Source: Rhina ancylostomus
Taxonomy: Eukaryota
NCBI GenBank assembly: GCA_030265395.1
Contig: JARFYF010000007.1
Location: forward strand, 54,295,259-54,359,258
DNA: 64,000 nt
Direction: 5' to 3'
Part shown: positions 1 through 11,955 of the stretch, piece after piece
Numbering within the stretch: position 1 is the first letter of the stretch
Layout: every line of letters begins with the position of its first letter
Position numbers and translations under genes: made by a program
The notes under the pieces: generated by a model
Told to the model about the DNA's origin: nothing
The model's database searches: none
Seen by the model: only the letters and a program-made list of their open reading frames with translations

Positions 1-1523
1 CAACAGGACCTACTAATTTGTGAATGAGACTTTAAGCCAGGAGGCAAATCCCATTAGTTGAATGGGGCATGGCCAAGTGGGTGCAATATCTTCTTGAATA
101 CATTGAGGTGCAGCAAATAAATCTAAAAGATGTAATGTTGAACTGCAAGAGAGTATAATATTTACATGTTAAGTTTCTAAGCTCTTTGTGTAAAACTGAA
201 TATTTGTGAAACTGTTTCATTATTTGAAGAGAAGGGACACCACAAGATCCTGCTATCCAATAGCATTACACCATGAACACACACAAAAATACACAGACAA
301 CAGCATGTTCTATGCTTAAAGCTACAGTATATTACAATGGTAGTATATGGTTTTTACATATGATCAGGTGTAAGATTAAGAGCACAGGGCAAAGAGCTTT
401 CTTTTAAAGCCTGGAGAAGTATTTCTATTCCACTTGCATCAAGTTTGTTGTCACAGAGAAAATCCCCCTCAAGTTCCACCAGTTTGGGTCAGGTCTCATG
501 CTGGCCTACATCAAGACATAGCAGGGAGGCAGCAGTAACAGACAGGGCTACGCTGCTGTCTTATTTTAAATGGCCCACTCACTCAGTTTTGAAGACGCTT
601 GAAGATTAAAATTGGAGCTGCTATTTAAGCTATTTCTGCTTCTTTGCACAACGAACCTGGAAGAATGTCAGAAAATTGCAAGTTATTGGTAGGAATTCAA
701 ATTAATGTAACAGCAAAGACAAACTGATGCAGATGCATCTTAATGAATGATGGTCCCACTGCAGTCATTATTTTTCCTGTGTGAAAACTGAGTAATGATG
801 ACTTTTGAAAAGGCCCATGAGTTATTAATTTTGACAATTTTGATAAACGCTTCAGTCTTGCTGTCACAGTGAGCTATTTTTTACATCATATATTCCTATT
901 CATTATAATATGAGCTTTTAAATTAAAAGTTCTTCCAAAGTATTTGAAAAGTTTCCAAAGACTCTGAATTACCATTGCCTCAAGTGTTGAGATACCGTAC
1001 AACTCCCTGCAAAATGCCTTGATCCTGTATCTACACTTACAGGAGATTTTATCAGTGTATAGATAATTGAATATAAACAAGAGAAGGAGCTTGCATTATA
1101 CAGCACTTTCACAGCCTTTTGACCCTTCATAAATCTCATTAATAATAGATTACTTCTGAAGTATAGTTCCCTTATAAAAATTAATTCTGAGGATGTGTGT
1201 ATCATCCACAAGGTCTGCATTATGTTTCCCTAATCACCCTCTGGATGTTAGCAGTGAGTTTCTTTCTGTTATTGTTGCAGGCCCTGTGGAAGCTGCACTC
1301 ACAGTGTTGGTGGGTAAGGAGTTAGGGCCTCTGGAATTGCTTATAACAGGTTGGACCAAGCAATGATGAGCAAATGGAACTTCAGCGCTAGAAATGTGTT
1401 TTAACAACTGCAGACAAATAATAATTGGAACAAAAAAAAACTACAGATGCTGAAAATACAAAATAAAAACAGAAAATGCTGGAATACTCTGTAGGTTGGG
1501 CAGCATCCATGCAGAGTGAAACA

Positions 1524-1563
1524 GAGTCAATGTTTCAGGTTAATGGCCATTCATCAGAGCTGG
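1524..1563 (-). ncRNA. Second, more decayed hammerhead core in the opposite arm
   Basis: Minus strand reads CAGCT-CTGATGA-ATGGCCATTAACCT-GAAACATT-GACTC; stem II is mutated. Confidence 0.45.
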
Positions 1564-1696
1564 CAGAGTGAGAAAATATGTGTTTTATAAGTTGCAAAAA
1601 GGTTTGAGAGATCATGGAATACCAATGATAAGATACAGACCAAAGTTGTCCTCTCCCCCTTTCTGAAACTTAAAGTATACTTGCTTTTTCATTTTT

Positions 1697-1736
1697 CCAC
1701 TTCTGATGAAGGGTCTTTGACCTGAAACATCAATTC
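1697..1736 (+). ncRNA. Degenerate minimal hammerhead ribozyme motif in Penelope-type repeat
   Basis: CTGATGA(1703-1709)-A-GGGTC-TTT-GACCT-GAAAC-ATC. Two CpG-type reversions give ...GACCCGAAACGTC, the minimal hammerhead form known from Penelope-like elements. Confidence 0.6.
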
Positions 1737-2498
1737 TGTTTCTCTCCCCACAGATGCTACCTGATTTGCTGAGATCTTCCAGCATTTTTGATTTGTACAA
1801 AAAAAGTGCTGTAGAGTTGAAAATCAGGCCATAACAGACTAGAGCAATTTTTCACACATTCCTGGATTCCTTAGGACTTATCAGGCAATTTGTTTTCTCA
1901 TTTTGCAGTAAAACTTTCACTCTTCTGAACACTTTCTGGAGTAAAACTCCCCAAGATGATTTCATCTGTTGTGAATATAACACAATATTCATATGCAGTG
2001 AGACTTTCAAGCTTACTTGTCTGAAAAATGAGAGTTCTTATTTATTGACCCAACAACTGTTACTGAACTGGTAAACCCTGAAACTATGCTATTTAGAGGG
2101 CCAACATTCAAACTGCATTTTTTATCCTCAGTGAGATCTCTGATTTCCCACAGCCTCAATACAGCTCAGGTGTTTGGTTTAACAGCTTTGTTTGTGGAGG
2201 TTAAGTCAGGGTCACTCACAGCATCCTACCTCGGGAACATTCTAGGCTGTTACTGCTGATCTCTACTATTGGCATAGGCTCAGCAGGCAGATTTACTGCT
2301 CAGTGAGTTCAGAAATCCATGGAAATCTGCATTACTCAAGAGTAGTCCAGTCTATTGGTTCAAAACAATGGGCAGAGCACAGGAACATGGGTATGCCCTG
2401 GCAGAAGTGCTTGTGTCAGGATGAAAGTTCTGATCCAATAAAATCTTATGTAGTAGGACTGGAACAAAAGTCAGGCATGGGATGATGTGTAAAGTAAC

Positions 2499-2757
2499 TG
2501 TCATGGTTCTGAGTTCTGGTCCTCAATTTGGCTCCATTAATGCCTTGTTGTCCAGCACANNNNNNNNNNNNNNNNNNNNNNNNNNNNNNNNNNNNNNNNN
2601 NNNNNNNNNNNNNNNNNNNNNNNNNNNNNNNNNNNNNNNNNNNNNNNNNNNNNNNNNNNCAGTTGCTGCCTGTGTTTGTCCTGAGGAAGTATCCTGACTC
2701 CAGTCTTGTATTGGTGTGCTGCATCTGGGTTCTCTGAGTTTTCTCAACGTTGTGACA
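2499..2757 (+). mobile_element. Solo LTR (Gypsy-like family 1) spanning an N gap
   Basis: Termini TGTCA...TGACA; perfect 5-bp TSD GTAAC at 2494-2498 and 2758-2762. Reverse-complement homologue at 45938-46330. Confidence 0.9.
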
Positions 2758-2799
2758 GTAACGATTTTGCTGAACAACTATTAGACAAGACAGAGTCTA

Positions 2800-2895
2800 A
2801 CAATTGACCTGTGACACTGCACGATCAGTATGCAAGACAAGTTTTTCACTGTACCTCAGTACACGTGACAATAATAAACTAATATCAATACCATA
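2800..2895 (+). mobile_element. Short LINE 3' tail (Rex/Babar-like, tentative)
   Basis: TTTTCACTGTACCTCAGTACACGTGACAATAATAAAC plus a short repeat tail resembles a common elasmobranch LINE 3' end (from memory). Confidence 0.4.
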
Positions 2896-2914
2896 ATGGC
2901 ACCACAATTTCTAA

Positions 2915-3365
2915 AACTCAGCTTTTAATATCTTGGGTGTTACCATTGAACAGAAACTCAAATGGACCAAGCACCTAACTGCTATGACTACAAGAGGAGG
3001 TCAGAGCCTTGGTATCCTGGGTTGAGTGACTCACCCTCTGACTCTCCAGACTTTCCATCATCTATAAGGCACAAGTCCGGATACTCTCCATATGCAGCAC
3101 CAACAACTCTCGAGCTCAGTACCTTCCAGAACAAAGCACCCACTTGATTAGCACTCTATCCACTAAATAGTCACTCACTCAACCATCAGCAGTGTGAACC
3201 ATTTATAAAATGCACTCCAGCAATAAATCCAGGCATCTTCGGTACCTCAAGATCTTGACAAATTAGAAGGACAAATGGAGGCATGGGAATGTCATGAGCT
3301 GCAAGCTCCCCTCCTAGTTGCATGCTATCTTAACTTGGAAATACTACCTTGAAATTAGTTTTAAA
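2915..3365 (+). mobile_element. Decayed LINE 3' fragment (CR1-group family B)
   Basis: Aligns by eye with 56045-56520 (TGGGTGTTACCATTGAACAGAAACTC vs TGGGTGTCACCATTGACCAAAAACTC). Confidence 0.7.
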
Positions 3366-3804
3366 CAGTGTTATGGGTCACCCTGATGTTGTTTATGAAA
3401 GCAAAATAAAGAGAGTGAACTTGATGTATGAGGTTCATCCTGCTCTCCCTGTTGATGCATTGCAGGTTCTCTCTGTTACTGTGTTACACAGCAGGTGTGT
3501 TGTTTGCAGGCAGCCCTTAAAGGAACATACCACTGTCCAAGCAATATTCTTCTAGCTACAGAGAACTGTTGCCAATGAATGAGTGGATGTGGGAGAATGA
3601 GTGGTCCCAAAGGGACCAGAGAGACTGAACATATCTAAGAAGAACATGTGTCGACATGAGGACCAGAGAAACCATGGAAGGCAAAAACCAGGTGCTCTTG
3701 GCAGAAGGTTGCCAGGGGATGCCTCTGCAAGGAGTGCAGTTGATGACAGCACACATTTGGAAAAGCCTTCAAATTCCTGTGTTTGTTCTGTCCACACCTG
3801 TGAG

Positions 3805-5047
3805 AGGAATATAATCAAATCTAATCAACATGGTTCTATGAATGGTAAATCACGTTTGACAAATTTGCTTGAATTGTTTAAGGATGTAAGAAGAGATATA
3901 GGGAACCTGTAGATGCAGTATATTTAGATTTTCAAAAGGTATTTGACAAGTTGCTACCTCAGAAACTGGTGCATAAATCAAGAGCCCAGGATATTGGAGG
4001 AAGTGTGTAGGTATGGATTGAAAGATGGATAGCACATAGTAAACAATGAGTTGGATTAACTGAGTCCTTTTCAGGCTGGAGGGATGAAACTAGCAGAGTA
4101 CCCCAGGGGTCAATTGTTGATCCTCAGTTGTTTACTATTGACATCAATGACCTGGAGGAGGAAACGAAATGCAAGGTTTCCAAGTTTACCAATGACACAA
4201 AAATAGGTGGAAGAGCATGCTGTGAGGAGGACTTTGTTTTTCTGCAAGATATAGATGGATGGAGTGATTGGGTGAAAGCCTGACAAATGGCATTTAATGT
4301 GGGGAAGTGCGAGACCATGCATTTCGACAAGAGAAATCAAAAGGCTGATTATTATCTAAAGGATAGAGACTGGAAGTGAGTGAAGAACAGAGGGATCTGG
4401 GTGTTTTAGTGCCTGAATCACAAAGTTAGCAAGCAGGCCCAACCAGCAGTTAAGGAAGCAAATGGCACTTTGGCCTTTATTGCAAAGGGGTTTGAGTTTA
4501 AATTAGGGAGATTTTACTACAGTTGAACAGGGTGTTGGTGAGTCCTCACCAGAAATACTATGCCAGTTTTGGTCACCTTGCCTATAGTGTCACTGGAGGC
4601 AGTCCATAGGAGATTTATCAGGCTGATTGTTCTACCAAGAGAGGCTAGACAGTTTGGGTCTGTATTCTTTGATGTTTAGATAAATGAGGGGTGACCTTAT
4701 TAAAACATATGAGATCCTAAGGGGACTTGACAGGGTAGATATTGAGATGTTTTCACCAGTGGGAGAGTCACAGACAAGGGGTCATAGTTACAAAATATAG
4801 GGCCAGACATTTAAGATTGAGATGCATAGAAATCTCTTCTCTCAGAGGGTAATGAATCTCCGGAATTATCTGCCCCCAAGGGTGATGGAGGCCAGATCAT
4901 GAGAGATTTTTAAGGTGAAGAAAGATAAATATTTGAAAAGTTGTGGAATTGAAGGTTATGGGGAGTTGAAGCCACCAGGCACCAGCCATTGTCATTCTGA
5001 ATTATGGGGCTGATTTGAAGAGCCTGGTAGCCTACTCCTGCTCTTTT
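3805..5047 (+). mobile_element. 5'-truncated CR1 LINE (RT to 3' end), pseudogenised
   Basis: Translates IKSNQHGSMNGKSRLTNLLELFKDV...VDAVYLDFQKVFDK and INDLEEETKCKVSKFTNDTKIG (RT motifs); ends in a CR1-type tail GCCTACTCCTGCTC. Confidence 0.92.
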
Positions 5048-5239
5048 CCTCCTGAGGTTTCCTGAAGGAAAAATCTCCTGGAGTATGAAGTTTGGGTGTC
5101 CTTTCCCAATGTGGCAGTGAGAGGCACAGTGTGTTGTCATCAGCACACATCCACACCTTTGCCCTTGAGATGGAGAGGTCAGTGACGAAGCAGCTATAGA
5201 TGAGTGAATGGGGACACACCTTTGAGAAACTCCAACAAC

Positions 5240-5570
5240 AATGGCTTGGGCTGAGATTTATTTCAGCAGTCATAATCATCTTCACTTCTGACAATAAAGT
5301 CCTTTGTTTGCTGGAAGAGGATCCTCTGATCTTGATTTCACTTTTATCTCCTAGTTCAATCATGGAACCATTTGTGCTAACTCTCTTCTGCATCTCCATA
5401 TCTTCCTTCCTGACCTTGTTCAAGTCCTTGGTTACCTCTTGTAATATGACCTTATGAAATTTGGTTGCAATTTTGTAATTGAATTTTCCCCCAAGAATCT
5501 TGGGATGCTTTACTATATACTGTATAAGGACTTCAGAACAGCCATGAAACTTTTTATGGCTACCAGTGGG
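5240..5570 (-). pseudogene. Myb/SANT-like DNA-binding ORF remnant of a PIF/Harbinger transposon
   Basis: Within ORF 4992-5801(-): KKFHGCSEVLIQYIVKHPKILGGKFNYKIATKFHKVILQEVTKDLNKV resembles the NAIF1/MSANTD-type domain, but the conserved Trp residues are lost. Possible element end ...AAAACCAGGCCC at about 6317. Confidence 0.6.
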
Positions 5571-7684
5571 CTGGATTGCTTGACTGATCGGCTCGCAATA
5601 CCATACACAAACACTGGCAGCTGGAGTGTGCCTGCCTGTGCTTCCAACTTCCACACGTTGCACTGATAGGCATGAGTACAGAACATGCTGGAGGTCAGAT
5701 GTGGCAAAAGTACCTTCAGCTGCACTACTGGGATCAACACTGAACCCAGGGCTGGTTCCTGATTGGCCTCTGCTGACAGAATGGATGCATTTCATTTCCA
5801 TCCCTTCACCTTTATGCCAGTGATAGGATTGCCAACCTATATTAAAAGGATAAGCAAAGCTCAGTGTATTTTCTCCCCTTTATTTCAATTAATATTAGTG
5901 TTTGTAATTAATTTTCATTAGTTTAGAATGTTTTAAAACACACTTATTATTAAAATTTTTATTTAAAGTATTTATTTTTTAAAAAAATTATTGAAACATA
6001 AATCATCAGAGACATTTAGACATAACAGCAAAGACTATCGACAGCAGGAGAGCATTCCTTTAAAACATCATCAGAATGGCCTTCACCTTGACTACTGTGT
6101 TAAAGCCTTCTGAGATTGCCCACCAAGCCTTTGCTGCTTGGGATCATGGGAAATGAATCTCAATTTTAAAGAACTCTCTCCCATAGCAGATACAGTATAC
6201 CAACTGCCATGGATATGAGGAAAAACAGAGAAATAAGTCATGTGTCTTCAGTTTCTGTGGCCATACAGAACATTTTCAATTCTCAGACCCCAATATCTTT
6301 GGCAGAAAACCAGGCCCTTTTCCTGAACAGCCCCAATCCACTACAAGACATGGGCTCATTACTTTAGATATTGCAGCATGTGTCTCTGCTGTGCATAACT
6401 GCAGTAAGTACTGCGAGTCTCAGCAATAATTCTTGAAATACGCAGAGCATTAAAAACTCAGGCAGACAGGTGCAGAAAGCTACACAGTGGGGAACCTTTA
6501 ATTCATGTCTCCTTGCTTACATGCTATGGCACTTAATGGGAGTTAAAAACAGTCATACTATTGCTTAAATTTCTTTTAGTAAAGGAGAGGTGACAACGGC
6601 ACCAACACTGATTAAGTCATTTGTTGTGCAAGTGATGCTTAGAAACATCGTCCACACTATAGTGAACTTCATCTGGAAAAACCTGGTCCAAGCTCATAAT
6701 GGACTGGACTTCAAATGGGTGAATTGGCTTTTATATCTGATATGCACAAAAAACATGGGCACAAATAGTTCAAATTTCTAGCCTGTTTTAAAAAAAATTA
6801 ATTTACTGCATTCAATTTTGCAAAAAACCAAGGTGGTATTTCAATTCAGGATGCCAGATCAGCTTTGCAACATATGCCAAATTAAAATCCACTCATAGTT
6901 GATTTCAAGCACCTATGATCAACTAAATTCAGAACAAAGAAAACCGGAACTAGAGAATGACTTGTTTTCCAATGACAAGTCAATCTACTTCACCACAACT
7001 ACATTCCAGACAGGGCTTATTATTTCCACTAATTATTTTCACTAATCAAGATTAGTGTACAATGCATCTCACCTAGGCCTTTATATAAATATAAGCATGA
7101 CTTATTACAAACTTCGAAAAAGGACAGTTATCTGATTTGTTGCAATTATCACTGTTAACCTTGATTTTAACAGCAACATTTTCCACCACTGGTAATTCTA
7201 GTGATCTTTTGGAAGGATGGATTCTGTTCTTCTGGAGAGGCAAGATTCTCTGCCAGATTCAATGAAAGGCCAAGATAGTCTTGAAAGGTAACTCTTATTT
7301 GCTTAATCCCAAACATGACATCTAGCACAGTTATCATTGGAAGCACACGAATTTACTCTGCGGTAATCTTGCCTAATTCGAGTGGTTGGACTGGGAATGT
7401 TGCTCAGCAGCCACTATAACAGGTATTTCACTCTGCTTTTCTACTCTGATCATATCCTTGATCCTCAGTATTTTCCATGGATCATTCAACCTCCCCTTTG
7501 TAACAAAAGAACCTCAGAGCATCATTTTTGCCTATTGTTTGCTGTAAATCCTTTTATGTCAAAGATTCTGCCAGTATGGAACATTTAATGGAAAGCAGAT
7601 TCTCAAATTCGGGTCCTCATGCTCATCATTTCCTGAATTACATCAATAACTATACTAGAAAAAGACACAATTGGTTGTCAATAG

Positions 7685-9370
7685 CTTTTGGATGCCTGGA
7701 CCCAAGCTATGAATATCTCTTTGTTGGATATGTAGAGCCCTATTCAGATCCTCTCTCTCACCTCTTTCTCTTGTATATTGAGAACTGTATCGGTGCTGCT
7801 TTTTTGCTCTCTCACATGCAGAATTTGAAAATTTCATTATNNNNNNNNNNNNNNNNNNNNNNNNNNNNNNNNNNNNNNNNNNNNNNNNNNNNNNNNNNNN
7901 NNNNNNNNNNNNNNNNNNNNNNNNNNNNNNNNNNNNNNNNTTGCTCTCTCACATGCATAATTTGAAAATTTCATTATGTTTTCTCCCATCTTACACCCTG
8001 GTCTCACTTTCACATGGTCCATTTCTGAACCTTCCCTTCCCTTACTTGGCTTCTCTATCTCTAATCCAGAGGATAGGTTAGCTTTGAATCTTCAGTACGA
8101 GCCCACAAGCTCCCACAGCTACCTTTGACTACGCGTCCTGTCACCTGCTTCCTGTAAGGATTCTATTCCATTCTCCCAGTTTCTCCAGCTCCAATGCAAC
8201 AATTCTGATGATGATACTTTCCACAACAGTGCTTCCAAGATATTTCACTTTTTGCTTAAAAGTGGTTTCCATCCACCGAAGTTGACAGGACTCTCAACCG
8301 TATCTGTCCATTTCCTGTATTTCTGCTCTCACTCATCTCTTCCCACCAACAGCAAGGATAGAATTCCCATTCTCCTCACCTTCCACACCTCCAGTATCCA
8401 CTGTAATTTCCACCACCTCATACATAATGCTACCAGTCGACACATCTTCTTTCTGAATTCTGAAGGACCATTCTCTCTTTGACTGCCTGGTTTCAAATGG
8501 TTCCTGTGCATGTTACCAAAGGAGATGCAGTATCTGCCATTTTGTCTTTTCACTGCCCACCTTTCAGGGATCCAAGCACTTCTTCCAGACGAAGCAGCAG
8601 TTCACCTGTACTACTTCCAAGTTCAAATGCTGCATTTGGTGCTCACAATATGCTGTCCTGTACAATGCAGAAACTAAATGCAGACTGAGTGAATGCTTTG
8701 CAGAATACATCTGTTTAGTCCACAAAGGCGGTTCTGAGTTTCGAGTTGCCTGTCACTTTTAATTCTCCAACCTACTCATATTTTGATTTATTTGGCTTTG
8801 ACCTTTTACGCTGCTCCAATGATGTCTGACATAAGCTTGAAGAATAGCACCTCCTCTGCTAACAAGGCATATTACAACCCTCAGGACTCAACATTGATAT
8901 CAACAATGCCAGAAAACCAGACTTTCCTGTCGTATCAGAACTGGACAGATTTGAGGAAAGAGCTTCAGCCAGTAATAATAACTGTTTTTCTCTCTCTGCA
9001 AATGCTGCATGGCCCACTGGCTATTTGCAGTAACCTCTTTAATTTCAGATTTCCAGCATCTGCATCTGTGTTTTGTATCAGACAATTTCAGTGCTTTCCC
9101 TTATCTTCCCATTCATCTTCTTCTACTTACACATCCATCAGACAAGCCTTCAGCCCCAATCTAGCCAGAACTGACACGACTTATGCCGTTCAGTCTCACT
9201 GGTTTCCAGCCTATCACTGAGATTTCCTTTCTGGGTATTTCTCTGCAACTTAAAACGTGTTTGATTTTTAACTTCTCCTAGTTTTTGTGGAAGAACTTCA
9301 ACTTGAAATGTTAAATCTTTTCCTGCCTGACTTGTTGAGTGTTTCCAGCATCTTGTGTTTTAATCCAGTT
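7685..9370 (+). mobile_element. Penelope-like element remnant (RT, GIY-YIG endonuclease, tandem pLTRs)
   Basis: PSYEYLFVGYVE...LFLLYIENCIGAA (decayed YIDD), HPGLTFTWSIS, SCKDSIPFSQFL; GIY-YIG-like CCIWCSQYAVLYNAETKCRLSECFAEY at about 8630-8710; two terminal-repeat copies at about 8940-9070 and 9280-9365. Confidence 0.88.
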
Positions 9371-9637
9371 CTAATAGTTGTAAGCAGAAAGTGCTGGTTG
9401 CTGCCTTTACCCTTGGAAGATGGTGCTCTAAAAAAATGAGAGGCATTTAAAATATTTACTTAATGCCCATTCTACAGTCCAGAACTAATGTTGCTTTTGG
9501 TTACAAACTATTTTTTTATGAGCTAATTTGCCTCTATTGAAGACAAATAATTTTGTTTCCCTATCATATTTTTATGTTTAAGTGACCAAATCATTTAAAA
9601 TTTTGGATACAGGCTTGCAATTTGCCAGACTTTTTCT

Positions 9638-9968
9638 TTAGAAAATAGAACAGTACAGCACTGGACATTCAGCCCACAATGTTGTGCCGATCTTGATGCC
9701 AATTTTTACTAAATGTTCTTCTCCTGTATATCATCCATATCCTTCCATTCTTTTCATATTCATGTGTCCATCTAAAAGCCTCTTAAACTCCACCAAATTG
9801 CCTGCTTCCACTACTAGCCCTGGTAACCTATTCAAGGCACCTACCACTCTCTGCATAAAAAAACTTGCCCATCACGTTGCCTTTAAACTTCCACCTCACA
9901 CCTTAAAAGCCTGTCCTCTGGTGTTTGACAATTCTAACCTGGGGAAAAGATTCTGACTGTTTGCTCTA
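9638..9968 (-). mobile_element. CR1 LINE 3' end
   Basis: Homologous to 61950-62290; minus strand encodes NLFPRLELSNTRGQAFKV. Confidence 0.8.
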
Positions 9969-11064
9969 TAGCCACTCTTGGTAATTCCTGGAAGACAAAT
10001 TCATTATATGAATGTATAAGTTTGTATATGTTACTGTTTAAGAATCCAGCCTATAAAACTTCTCAATCCCAGGAACCTGTTTGGAATTGTTTTTGAGAAT
10101 GTAATTGACCTGGCCACGTGAGCCAGTTTAAGGTATTTTGGGGAAGAAATTCATATTTGGGAACCAGGATTAAATGCATGCAAAACTGTCAGCCTTTAAG
10201 CTGTACTCATCCAATCTTCTGTCCTCATCATCCCCATCAACACTGGCTTCATGTCAGCATCGTACAAGGATTGATGTCATAAACTGCCTCTCTGCAAAAT
10301 GGCAGCATGTTCCAACAATACACATGCTCATGCACTAATCATTTTACCAGACATGGCAAGTATGAGAGTTTGTGCAGAGCAAGGCCGTGCTCATTGATCA
10401 TATCCTCAGTGGAATTTCCACTGGAATTTGTCCATTTCAGAGCCATTGAGCTGGGGTGCAAGCTTAGATAATATATACAAGAAGTGTTTTGTGGACTTGA
10501 CATCTTATCACCACTTTTTCTTTAAATTTTCACAGTGCCTAAGGTAAATGTTGTATTTTGGTATTACTACAATGGAATAATTTTAACCTAGAAGGTCTGA
10601 CTTATTTGGAGTTGGTTTTGTATTTCCACCACCTGGTTAGAAAGTAACAAGAAATCGCAAAATGCAATGTCCCCACACACTTCAACTCTCTGTGATTGAT
10701 AGAAAAGATTATTATCCTCCACAACAGGCATAAATGCCATGCTAAACATAAGAGACCTAAGTAATGTGGAAGGTTATTGCCATTTGCCATAGTTTGAATG
10801 ATTTTGTCAATGACTCAAAGTGAAGAAAATGGACAACAGTGTCCAGAATGAAGGATCTCATCTTTTATTGCATCCAATGCCATCAACAAACACTCCACAT
10901 TTTGATAAAGTCTCCTATGTTTTGTGAAGTAATCCATTTCTTCCTTTGCACATGTACCTGAAAGAAGATGTTTCATTCTTAACTTTTTCTTTTGAAGAAT
11001 TTCAAAAGAGAAGGATAAAATGAAATATCTTCTTTTGGAATAAGAACAGAAAGTGCAGAAAATT

Positions 11065-11955
11065 TCTTTTTACTTATTCTTTTGGGATCAGGGGATATCA
11101 TTGGCAATACCAACATTTATTGCCTTTTACTAATTGCCCTAGGGAAGGTGACTTCTTGAAATGCCGCAGTCCTGCTGTTGAAGGTATTTCACTACGTGGG
11201 TGGGTATGGAATTCTCGGATTCAGAACAGGCAACAGTGAAAAATTGCCATGATTATTCCAAGCCAAGATGATGTGTGATTTGTAGGGGAACATGCAGGTG
11301 GTGATGTTCTCATGCATCTGAAGTCCTTGATCTTCCTGATGGTAGAGGTTTGGGTCTGGGGGGTGTTGTTGGAATAGCCTAGGCAAATAACTTCAGCGGA
11401 TTTTGTCATTTCAGTGGTGATGGGGGGAATGAACATTGAGGGCCGTGAATGGAGTAATAATCAAGAAGCTTGCTTTACCCTAGGTGCTGTCAAGCTTCTT
11501 GATTGATATTGGAGCTGCAATCATCCAGGCAAGTGGAGAGTATTCAATCACCATCCTTGTAGATGGTGGAAAGGCTTTGTAGTGTTAGGTGAGTCACTCA
11601 CTGCAGGATACATAGCCTCCGACATGCTCTTGTAATGATAGTATTTATATGGCTGCTCCAACTGAGTTTGTGATCAATAATGACATCTAAGATGTTGATT
11701 TAAGGGGACTTGACAATTATAATCCCTGTGAATATCAAGGCCAGGTAGTTAGGCTCCCACTTGTTGGAGATGGTCATTCTCTGACAACATTCAAGTGTGA
11801 ACTGATTTCTTACATGTCATATATCAGTCTACACTTGAATGTTGTCTAGTTTTTGCTTCATGTAGTCATGGGCAGCTACTCTTGCTGAAGAGTTGCAAAT
11901 AAAATTAAATGTTGTATGATCATCAATGAGTATCTTCAGTTCTGACCTCTTCTGA
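11065..11955 (-). mobile_element. Decayed LINE 3' portion (CR1-group family B)
   Basis: Reverse complement of 55860-56695, including the tail GGCAATAAATGTTGG. Confidence 0.75.

Larger units (their letters stand above)
1441..1796. mobile_element. Fold-back insertion of two inverted copies of a Penelope-like terminal repeat (pLTR)
   Basis: About 1470-1563 is the approximate reverse complement of about 1697-1796. The same repeat ends the Penelope remnants at 8940-9370 and 39934-40045. Flanked by ACAAAAAAA at 1430-1438 and 1797-1805 (possible low-complexity TSD). Confidence 0.75.

Noticed and set aside
7803-7977. 37-bp direct repeat on both sides of a 100-N gap
   Set aside because: One mismatch and both copies abut the gap; most likely unmerged contig or haplotype overlap.
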